Shown piece after piece: positions 52,655 to 64,000 of a DNA stretch of 64,000 bases. The translations under genes were made by a program, and so were the position numbers. Every line of letters begins with the position of its first letter. The first letter of the stretch is position 1. This DNA comes from the human T2T-CHM13v2.0 reference genome, Homo sapiens. The stretch is from assembly GCF_009914755.1 (NCBI RefSeq), contig NC_060927.1. The stretch is one strand, 5' to 3'. Below the pieces are notes generated by a model, which had not been told where the DNA came from, did not search any database, and saw nothing but the letters and a program-made list of their open reading frames with translations.

Positions 52655-53451
52655 AAGTAAGTGTGCCATGTCTTAGTTGTCATTCTGACCCCAATCTTAA
52701 CTGATATTTGCTTTACATTCAAAGCAACCAATAAATTTTTTAAGATAGGGCATTTTTTACTCAAGGAAGCAAATAAGCCATTACGTTTTAAGAAGATTAA
52801 ATTTTAAAAATTCCTGTAGTTTTGTAGGTCTTCTGTAAACATTAGTTGGCATATTTTAAAGCTTCCATATGGTCATGTTTTTGTTATCCCTGAACATATA
52901 CTGTGTATTCATGGTAGGCAGAGTGCTCTGATATACGTCTCATAGGGTACACATGGTTAATGGTTATGAAATGTGAGATTGAAAATTTTGACCTTGATAC
53001 ATAATTTTAACAGAATGGCATTATAACTTTAAATTGATGACACCAAAAATTCTGCTTAAGTCATATTAAGACAAAAAAAGTTGACTTGGCTCCATCCCCA
53101 TGATTTTTGCTCCAATCCGGTATTTTCTCTCTCTGACCTCTTTCAAAGTACCTACAAATGCTGATTTTTACCATGCTCGAAACCTTTTCATTTCCCATTG
53201 CCTCCAGAAGGTTTTGTTTAATAATAAAGATTTTCCTTCCTCTGGCTCAACCCTGATTGTTTCTCAATTTCCTGCCCACTAATTCCCTACACAGGTTCTC
53301 TCCTTTAGTTACACCCCTGCTTATGTGCTTCTATCTATTCTATTAGGAATGCCCTCTCCAAACATGCCTATCGAATAAGGTCCTGTTCATGATGCAAATC
53401 TCTATGTGATCTTCCTCCGGAATTCTTGAGCCCATGTGAGTTCTTTCTAAT

Positions 53452-53708
53452 ATTTTTTCTTTAAAATTTTTCATTGGTACATAATAGATGTAAATATTTT
53501 TGATATATGTGTGATAATTTAGTAAGTTCATGTAATTTGTAAAGATTAAATCGGTGTAATTAGGATATCCATCACTTTTTGATATTTGTTTTTTCTTTGT
53601 GCTAGAAACAGTTATTCTCTTTAGTTATTTTGAAATATACAGAAGATTATTGTAAACTATAGCCACTCCACTGATCTACCAAACACTAGTTCTTATTTTT
53701 TCTATCCA
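53452..53708 (-). mobile_element. L1MA 3' end fragment inserted in an L2 (about 53050-53850)
   Basis: TACATAATAGATGTA..GATATCCATCAC..TTATTTTGAAATATAC..AACACTAG.TCTTATT. Confidence 0.88.
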
Positions 53709-53889
53709 TTTTGATTCTTTACTTGTGAGTTTCTACAACTCTAGTTGTAGAAGATAACGAACTTGTCCATAGTTTGACTCCTAGAAACAAACACAGACAG
53801 AACATAGAATGTGTTCAATACCTATTTGTTGGACCAATGAATGCATTTATATATTTGGTTCTGATTTTTGTTTGCCTCGTTTGGATACC

Positions 53890-54252
53890 ATTTGGTGCAA
53901 GCTAAGTCGTTCTGCCATATCAAACAATCTCGGTAGCTGATGAAAACAACGGGCATTGCATGTTCCTTGTGGGTCAGCTGGGGCTTTGCTCTACATCCTA
54001 CTCTAGGACCTAGGATGATGGAGCAGCTCCTGTGGGGAACATTGTGATTGCTGTGCCAGCGGGAAAAGAAACATGGCACCCACAGCTCAGCATCAGTGTT
54101 TCTCCCTGGAAAAGGCATCTATCACTTTTCCTTTCTTTTGATTATCCAAAATAAAACATCTTGAGTTCAGCACAGTAGGAGTATGTAATCCACCCTCAGG
54201 GAGAAGCAAGCTAGAGAGGGATTTTTTGGTGAGTAGCAATACAACCTACCAC
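53890..54252 (-). mobile_element. MLT1 (J/K-like) MaLR LTR
   Basis: GGACCTAGGATGATGGAGCAGC..ATCACTT..AATACAACCTACCAC. Confidence 0.7.
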
Positions 54253-55649
54253 TGGAACGTAACCATACATCATCCCGCACATTTATTGAATCACTTTGGC
54301 TGTTGCATTTATCTTACATACTGAACTGCAGTGTAAAATCATGGACAACAGTAAGAAATCTCCTTTCAAAGGTTATCAGTAGGTTGTCCACAATGAATAA
54401 ATAAGCAAGAACATGTAGAATTGTGAGCTATATAGATGATATTATCTCTGATTTGCTGGACCACAGGTTTTATAAAAACTCTCTGATGAAATATAAACAC
54501 TGAGGCATTCTTACTTGTTTTATGGCATGAGTAACCTTGTTTCTCATTTCATGTTTTCCCACATCTGAAGAATAGGGTGTTGAAGGAACCCCCTCCACTG
54601 GTGATGGCTTTCCAGTCTAGCGCATCTCTCCACAGTCTACTCCCTTCTTTGATTCACAGTATTCAGAACATTTCTGATATCTGAACATTTGAGCAAAAAT
54701 GTGCATAGCACAGGGCAATAAAGTGATTGTCATCATCATTTGTCTTTTCCTCTTCAATCTGTGTTAGTATCATTAGCTCTAATTTAAGAACATCATCTCT
54801 TATTATGGAACACATTTACAGTTCACTTTGTTGGTTTAATTTCTTTTCTTATTTGCCTTTTTGCAAAACCTGCAAAGTGTTTTGTTTGAATCCACTAACT
54901 TGAAATGTACTGTGCTTCCATTTTTTCTTTTGCCCTCTTTCTCTCCCTTCCTCCATCCATTCTTCTGTACTTTACGTACATCATTTCTTCTGTACTTTCT
55001 TTCCTTCTTTATTTCTTAATGACAAGAAGACAGGGGTTGGAGCTAGCAGAGTCTTTCATTTGTTGAGTGCCTACTTGATATCAGGCACCTGGCTAAGCAC
55101 ACGGGGGCTTTTGTAGCATTCAGATCAGACTAAATTTGGCATGTTTATCCACACCAAGTGTTGATTTTTCCTGTAGTACAAAATATTGCAAACTGGTAGC
55201 TGAAAGGCATTTGGAACCTTATCTGAGGAATTCAGACATCCTTCTTTCTCTGACTCATCCCCAGCAAGGATTAAAAAAAAGAGATAGTTCCACGTTTCCA
55301 TGTGCACTTATTCTCAATGCACCTGAAATGACTTATCTTTAATAGGTCCAAGCAGCTCACACATTTGCTTTCATTACTGACATTACAGCTCTAGCACTAC
55401 CTTGGGTCCTTTAAATAGTAAAAAGTACCAGGCCCTGTACAGTTCCACTCAAGCCTCCTTAAAGGCAAAGTAATAGCATCTGTCCTCCAAAGGGTTCCTA
55501 GCTGATTATTAGTATCCCAGTCCTCCTTTCTCCTCAAAATTGTAAATGTGCCAGTGTCAGGGTTTGTGTGCAATCGTTCCCCTCAGTGAGATACACACCT
55601 TTTTTCTCTCTCTCCTGCCAACTCTACACAGTTTATGTCTTGCAACAGA

Positions 55650-55890
55650 ATCACACCGTTATTCGTTCATTCCACAGATCCTTACAGAGCAACCCCCTAT
55701 ATATCAAGTACCCTGTTAGGGGCTAACGCCCTACAGTTAAAGGCTTAGTTCCTGACCTCGTGGGACTCTTGGTTTGGAGAAAGGGGGTAGAAAATAATCA
55801 TACCAAATACAGAGACAGATGCTATGATCCTAGTAAGCCCCGTGGTCCTCTGAAAACATAGAGGAGGGTTCACTAGCTCAGTTTAGGGGA
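55650..55890 (-). mobile_element. L2 3' fragment
   Basis: ATTCGTTCATTC..CCCTGTTAGGGGCT..TCCTGACCTCGTGGGACT. Confidence 0.6.
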
Positions 55891-55969
55891 AACGGTTGTA
55901 GGCAGAGATAGATGCCTTGGTCGGTGGTATAGACTCTTCTCGTCATTTATCTGACTTGAGAGAATGATT

Positions 55970-56247
55970 TTTATGTTATTTTTATTTTTTCGGAGATTTT
56001 TTTCCATTTTGTATTGATGCATAATAATTGTACATATTTCTGGGACACACGGGCTGTTTTGATACCTGCATACAATGTGTAATGATCAAATCAGGGTAAT
56101 CGGGGTAATCCGCCACCTCAATCATTTATCCTTTCTCTGTGTTGGGAACATTCCATATTTTCTTTTCTAGCTGTCTTGAAATACACAATAAACGATTGTT
56201 AACTGTAGTCATCCTACCGTACGATGGAACACTAGAACTTATTCCTT
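55970..56247 (-). mobile_element. L1MA 3' end fragment
   Basis: ATAATAATTGTACATATT..CATACAATGTGTAATGATCAAATCAGGGTAAT..AACACTAGAACTTATTCCT. Confidence 0.9.
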
Positions 56248-56349
56248 GAAAGTCGTGTTTTTAAAACTGTGGGGATGAATCTTTTAGATCCCACTGGGAG
56301 CACAACTCAGTTTGTTCCTAGAGTGTGTTTGTGGAGATGTTTTGAAAGC

Positions 56350-57100
<751 letters not shown>

Positions 57101-57939
57101 GACCACTCTAATACCCCTCTCAGCTCAGAATCTTGGCAAGCAACAATAGTCTTCTGGATCTGGCATTGCCTTCATTTCCTTATCTTTCTTTATTGCTCTC
57201 TATTTACGGAAAATTATAGTAGTTTTTATTTGTTTTTGTTTTAAGTGGTGATACAAAGTGTTTTTTTTTTTTTTAAATAAGTTCCTTGAAATGGGACGAT
57301 TTTAAAAATCTTTAGTAATAACAGAAGTATGATAGTAATGCTGTGGCAAATGTCGTGGAGGTGAAATTCAAATAGCTCAGTTAAAGAACAATAAGATTAG
57401 GGCCCTGGAGTTTTTGTTAAAAGGTAATAATTTGTATGTCTAGGGGTGTTAGCTATCATCATCCTGAGCCAGTTGGCTTCATAATTTATCAGAGTGCATT
57501 AGATCAGTTCAGGTTTGCTTTGTTAAGATCCAAGAAAGATCTGGAATCAGTGTGCCAAGAGTTCGAACAGACCCAGGTGAGACCCGCAGCAAGAAATCCT
57601 GGCACTGGGAAGAGACACAGAGAGAGAATGGCAAGTATGGTGACCACTTGGGGATAAGGTGATGTGGAAACACAGGGAATGAAGTTGTGGAAACACAGGG
57701 AATGAAGAAGTTGTGCTGACTCTTTACACACTTCTTACTGGGTCTTAGGACCATGATCCACAGGCTGTATTAGGAAGATTAAATAACTGACTAGATCTCA
57801 CTTCTCCCTTCATCTCTCATGAATGCAGCATGGCTTAATAATATTAGTTGTAATTTTGCCCACTTACTGTGTACAAAGCACGTTGCATGCTTTATACCAT
57901 TTAATCTTTACAGCATGCCTGCAAGGAAGTACATTTTAC

Positions 57940-58418
57940 TGCGGTACACAGAATATGGCCCCAAAAGATGTCTACATCCTAATCCTTTGAATTTGTAACT
58001 ATGTTACCTGACATGGCAAAGGGAAGTCAAGGCTGTATATGGGACTAAGGTTGCTAATCAGCTGATCTTATGGTAGGGAGATTTTCCTGGATTATCTGGT
58101 CTATCCTAATGTAATCATAAGGGTCCTTAAAAGTAAAAGAGGGGGGCAAAAGATGAGGTCAGAATGAGGTGATGGGAGGACTTAACCTACTCTTGCTGCT
58201 TTTGAAGATGGAAGAAGAGGTCAAAAGCCATGGGATGTGGGAGGCCTTTAGAAAAGGAAATGGATCCTACTCAGGGCCTGCAGAAAGGAATGCAGCCCTG
58301 CCAATGTTAGGGCAGTGAGACCCATATCAGGCTTCTGGCCAACAGAAATGAAACATAATCCGTTTGTGTGGTTTAAGTTTCAGGTACTTTGTTATGGCCA
58401 CCATAATATACGAATATA
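57940..58418 (+). mobile_element. MLT1D-like MaLR LTR inserted in a MIR (about 57840-58520)
   Basis: TGGCCCCAAAAGATGTC.ACATCCTAATCC..ATGTTACC..CATGGCAAAGGGA..AAGGTTGCTAATCAGCTGA. Confidence 0.9.
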
Positions 58419-58719
58419 TCTACTAAGAAGAATTGGGGCAGAGGCAAGGGAAGTCATGCACGCCAATAACTGAAAAGGGCTAGATTGGAAATCAGACATA
58501 TCTGACTTCAAAACCAGTGATGGTCTTGATTATTGCTGTCAATGATCCAAGGCTAGAACACAGGTTCTTGTCTGATTTAGATACTTAAATTCACCCCTGG
58601 ATGGGAGGAGGAAAATCAAATGGGTCCCAAGAGTCTGAGAAATGGAAGAGGAAGATTATCACATGTACAAAAGGATTTATGGATTCATGGGCCTTTCTAG
58701 TATGCTTTTGTATAAGAAG

Positions 58720-59340
58720 AATGTTCACAATGCATGTAACAGAAAAGCCAACTCAAACTGGCTTAACAATAAAGGGAAATTATTAGCTTACGTAATTTTA
58801 AAAGCCCACTGGTGCCTCTGGCTTCCATTTTGACTTGATTTACCGTTACAATGAGGTTGTCATTTCTTTCTTTCGTTTATATTTTTTTCTTTTGTTTTTC
58901 CTCTGCCTTTCTTAATCTCGGTTACATTTTAAGGCTAGCTCTCCCTGGGTCCCTAGATGGTTGTCTGCGTCTCCTGTGGCCATGTGTTCTCTTTACACAC
59001 AGCAGAAAAAAGAGAATGCCTCTGTACATGCACTCCCAGCAAAACGAAGCAAACAAAACATAGAGTTAAAAAAGAAAATAATTATCAGTGATTTAAACAG
59101 TTTAGATCACATATTCACAGCTGTCCAGTGGGGTGAGAAGCACATTTTGCCTAGGTTAGACCTGACTCCAGAAAAAAAATATACTTCCCTGAAGCCACAT
59201 TGATTCCCATACAAAACCCAGGAGACCCTGGAAGGAGAACTGGTTCGTGGATGATGGAAAGGCAGCCAAATAAACACAATAGGGAAAAAGAGGATCTGCG
59301 GAGGAGGCGGAAGTGATGCATAAGACCAGAAGGTCAATTC
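58720..59340. mobile_element. LTR33-like ERVL LTR
   Basis: TGCATGTAACAGAAAAGCCAACTCAAACTGGCTTAACAATAAAGGG. Confidence 0.65.
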
Positions 59341-59999
59341 CTTCCCATTTCATAAGATAAAAACTGGAATCCATTGTGTTTGCAAATAGAGCAACTCTAT
59401 GTGGTAGCCGCATTTCTGTTTGTGTGTAAGGATTCATAGGAACATTGGATGTAAACATTTTATAGGATCTAGATCATAGCAGTATGCTACAACCAGGGAA
59501 ATCCTCAATTAACTCCAGGGTATTTTTTATAGTGTTCTCTTTCTGTATCCATTTTTTGTCTGTTCAATTCAGTATGTAATCATTTCTTGAAACGTATTAT
59601 TTGGCAGGACACCATAAGATAGATAATTCTTTTATTTACTCTTTAGCTATTATTCCTAGCCCAAAGTCACAGATTTTTTTTATTGCCGTAAGAAAAATCA
59701 ATAATTGAATAGTAAGAGGTTGATAATCCTTTAGTTTCTATTTATAAGAACTCTCAACTCCCCTCTAAACTCACAGCCAAGGAAATATTAATCAGTTGCC
59801 AATAAACAGTTCCGTGCTGGAGTTCACATATGTTTCTCCTAGAAATAACATATGCTTCAGTGAAAACTGCAGAACTGCACTCACTAGAGACAATATTTTT
59901 GTTATTAAACGTTTCATTATGCTTTTTTGGTTGTTGTTATGGCTGAGTTATCAGTTAAAACATAAAAAGTCAGCTGGTAATTGGGAATGAAAAAGACTG

Positions 60000-60490
60000 G
60001 TTACTCTTCAATTTTTCAATAAATGCCCCGGTTGCAGATTACATAGAGGGAGAAGTATGCTACTTCTCCCTCTATTTCTGAGAAAATATGTGCAAAATAT
60101 CAGCACAGTTCTTGGCGTATAGAGAGCACACAGTGAGCAAAGCTAATATAATTGTTATAATTCTTTCGTCTGACTCTCACATCAGTTTCTAAGATGATGA
60201 AACTGAAGTCTAGAGAGGCTGAATGACTTGTTTAAATTTTCACAATCTAATGAGAGGCAGATTCATGTGAGTTTTCCAAACTCTCTTTTTGTTCCCTAGA
60301 ATAGGCATGTTACACTTTTGGAATTAACTGGTTAGTTACTAGTTGTAGCTCTCCCTGTCCGCCACTAAAAGCAAGCTCTTTGAGGAAAGAAGCTGTGTTT
60401 ATTTTTGCATTGTTGTATTTCCAGGGTTTGGTACAATTCTGGACACGGAAGAGATTCCCAATAAGAATTTGCTAAAAACAAATCAATGAA
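60000..60490. mobile_element. MIR fragments plus L2 3' end
   Basis: AGATGATGAAACTGAAGTCTAGAGAGG; AAGCTCTTTGAGG..TGTATTTCCAGG..CAATAAG..AATGAAT. Confidence 0.65.
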
Positions 60491-61669
60491 TTTTTATAAA
60501 CATAATTTTCCAGTCAGAGAAAACCATAATTGATCCCCAAAATAATTATATGGAATAATAGACATATTAATTTTTGAAGTATTTCTTATGCAACTTGTAG
60601 ACACATTTCATATATCATGAAATTAGTCTTTAACTATTCGTAGTGTGTGTATTTGTTAATTCCACACGCACGTTTGTAATTACAGGGTTCCATTGTGAAT
60701 TACAGCAGCAATGTTAATGAATCTGGCTGCTCCAAATTTTAACAGTCTGTTCCTGAACCAGGTCTGTGGAAATTTCTGCTGACAGAGTATCTGAATTCAT
60801 ACTTCTAAAATCTCAATCTGGCAAAGCAGAGAGAATCATCACTAGTATGTAAAAATGTGTGCTGTAACATTATATATGCAAATGAAATAACTGTTGGCAA
60901 AAATAATTATTGTTGCTCATTGGGAGGATTAATAGTTACAGTCTGCTCTGTTTTCTGTTGAGATTTAACTTAATTCTGTGGCATATATTAACTGAGGAAA
61001 TTAATTTGGGTTTAATTATTGTGTATGGCTGTTAATGTGCAAACTTATGATGAATATTTAGTTACGCTGAACCGGCAATCCAGTAGCTATTCTTATGCTC
61101 ATTTGCTGACAGGAAGTATCTGATGGAGAAGATGGTATGTGCTGCATGGGTTTCCAGTGCAATGTCATCCATAGTACGTTGCTGTGATCAGGGAAAAAAG
61201 AACTGGGCTTGAGGTAGAAGGGGACAGGAACTTGGGTACTGGCTGTGATATTAACAAATTATGTGTATCCCTAAGCTTTCAACTAGAGAATGGCAGGAGA
61301 AAACCAATTTTCCTTAGGGATTTGTTTTAAGGTGAATGAATTAATAGGTGGAGAACAGATTGGTGAATAGCAAACTGCTGTTTTAAATGAAAGGAATATC
61401 TATAATAAGTTTTTTGTTTATCCATTTAATAACAAATTTCTTTAATGAGTCAAATTAGATTAGACAGATACCTAAAAGGCGTTCAGGAAAGCATTCGTTG
61501 ATACATAAAATGTAGATTGATTGAGATTAAGTATAGATCAACACCCCTTCTCCACAAAGATCAACATAAATAAAAATTCCATATACCAAGAAAGACAGCC
61601 AAATCCTTCGGAGGTTTGCGTATTTCAAACTGTAATTAGTAACACAAAATTCCTGGATGTTTACATGTT

Positions 61670-61895
61670 ATAAGATTATGATATATGAACTCTGGAGCCA
61701 GGCTGACCTGGTATAACAGCAACATTATTTGCTAGTTGGGTGATTCAGCTGCTTATTTCATGCACCTAAACCTGAGTCTCCTCATTTGTAAACTCGAGTG
61801 ATAGCACTTCCAAGGGATTTTGGGAGGATTAAATGTGACAGTGAATGAAAAACTAACACTGGCCCATGGATATTTCTTAATGAATGTTAGCTTTG
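61670..61895 (+). mobile_element. MIR
   Basis: CTCTGGAGCCAGGCTGACCTGG..AGTCTCCTCATTTGTAAA..GAGGATTAAATG. Confidence 0.8.
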
Positions 61896-62559
61896 TCTCC
61901 ATTAAAAAGAGTTTGGACATTTTAATAGAATTCTTTGCAATGGCGTGTAATCCTTTAAATAGAACAAATGAAGACAGCTAATTATCTCTGTATAAACAAT
62001 TAGAATTATGGACTCTGGGCCTGGGTATACTTCATGTTCATACACTCATGGCCTTTCCCTTTCCTGTTCTTCTTCACTTTCCTGTGAGTTAAATAATAAT
62101 GTTGGGTGTCCTGTAAGTGAGTAAAATAATGATGTTGAGGTGTCTAGGCTCACACCATGGTCCTGTTGACTCATTGGGTGCAGTTACAGCTCTGTTTCTC
62201 CTCTTTTTTTTTGCTCCAGTCATCCCTGCCGTGTCTGGGGAGGGAAGACATCCAAGAGGCACAATGGGAGAAGGTGACCTTGAGTTAATGGAATCTGAGT
62301 TCTCTGAAAGAGAACATATTGCTCGCAAAGCTGGTACAGGCTGTATTCAGCACTGAGGCCTGCCACCTTTCTTCAAGTGTTGTTTGATTCTTATTTTTTC
62401 ACACCAGAGAAATGCCTAGCACCTCTTCACATAAAGCAGGTCAATTTAGACAACAGGTAACCCTTCCATGCCTTTTGTACATGTCTGCCATAGTGGACAA
62501 TGGGTGGATAAATCTTTACAGAAAAAAAAAATTGCAGGAGAGAGTAATAAATTCATAAC

Positions 62560-62890
62560 TTTCATAAGCAAATATTTATTGATTGTGTTCTCTGTGATGG
62601 ATACTGCTGTAAATATTGGTGACAGAGCAGAAAAGAAAATAGACAAAATTAATACCTAGCTTTTATTGAGTGATTTTGTATGTGCTAGTCACTGTGCCGA
62701 GGATTAAATATATTTACGTTACTAATCTTCACAAACTTATGGGGTAGATACCACTAACACTCATTTATGCTCGAGGAAACCAAGACTGAAGGAAGTTAAA
62801 TAACTTGTTCAGGGACATAGAGCTAGTGAGCGATGGAGGTGGGATTTGAACTCATCAAGTCTGACTTGCATGATAAACACCACGCTACAG
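62560..62890 (-). mobile_element. L2 end plus MIR
   Basis: CAAATATTTATTGA..; GAGGAAACCAAGACT..AAGTTAAATAACTTGTTCAGGG..GGATTTGAACTC. Confidence 0.8.
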
Positions 62891-64000
62891 CCTCCATCAG
62901 AGCTGTAAAATAGAAAAGAACTGTTATAAAGCCCAAACAAATATCTGTGACTAAGTAGACACATAGAATCATGTTTCAAATAATTCATATTATAGATGAA
63001 TGTATATTTGTGTGTGTTTGTGTGTATATATAATGACTCTCCAGGAATCAAACTCTTTTTTTCCTTTAAAAGCTCTGTAATAACCTGTTGGTGTAATATT
63101 TAGTGCATCCTGCAAAGTATATTTGTTTGCTAAACAACTCTGAGTGGCATTTTATTTAGCAGTAAAATGGAAGATTTTATCCATCCATAGGATAATTCAA
63201 ATGTAGTCAGGTACATTGAGTGCTCAATGCAGTGCCCAACACATGGCATGTTGTCAATTAAAGTTAGCTCCCTTCCTGGTGGCCATTATTTTTCAGTATA
63301 GACATATTGTTTTCCTCTGCTATATTGTGTGCACACCCCTTATGAATAAGAACCATGTCTTATTCATTTCAATTATTTGAAATCATCCTGACACTTCTGT
63401 CCTCCTTTATCATGCCCACACCCCTCCTCCTCTGCCTGTTCTAGATGGTGAGCTAATCTGTAGAAGTTGATTCCCCCCACCCCGTGATTCCAAATACTAC
63501 TTGACCACATTTTTCATTTAATATGATTTGGTGGAAATAGTCTATTTTCTCAAAATCCCAAAGATTAGCCTTATGCCCTTAAATGTAGAATTGCCCTGGC
63601 TTGATTATTTTCATCATTAAGGACACTTCCTAAAAATCTATTTTGATCCCTAGATTTTCTGACCACCCCCCCATCACCCACATGAAATGCAGTGCTACCT
63701 CACGTTCTTCTCTCTTTGCTGTGGGGGCCAAATTTCTCTCATACTTGAGCCAGGAAGCATAGCCAAGGTTTGAGGGTCATTTCCATGACCTGCCAACTCT
63801 CAATGTTTTCCAGGTTTGCCTTCCTGACCCTTGGGGGATCTTTTTTGGGAGTTAAATGGCCAAATGTTAAATTTTACTACCTGCAGCTGGTGGGCGTATT
63901 CATAATGATAAACCAAATGTCTCTTCACTTTTCTGAACATTTAAAGAATAATCCTCTGTCTTCCTTTTGTGCTTTCCTTTCTTCTGTGAAAGTAAAGACG

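Overview
Human (primate) genomic DNA that is AT-rich and dominated by repeats. The species call rests on a near-consensus AluYb8, a human-specific subfamily. I find no credible intact protein-coding gene, RNA gene or CRISPR array, and the ORF track is almost all broken LINE-1 ORF1/ORF2, LTR or Alu read-through. Layout: 1.6-18.5 kb holds three minus-strand L1PA pieces, the third nested in a THE1D provirus. 26-32.8 kb is a plus-strand L1MA7-like element carrying two solo ERV1 LTRs and a complex inversion. 39.7-42 kb is HAL1-like with the AluYb8. 46.8-47.5 kb is a solo LTR30. MIR, L2, MLT/MST and hAT fossils fill the rest. I cannot support a new biological system here. The strongest observations are structural and mutational: two template-switch rearrangements with readable breakpoints, two adjacent L1s sharing non-consensus substitutions, an in-frame deletion removing the RT active site, local domains where old repeats kept their CpGs, and a solo LTR30 that looks configured as a spliced promoter. 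Subfamily names come from recalled consensus sequences, counts were made by eye, and boundaries of old repeats are approximate.
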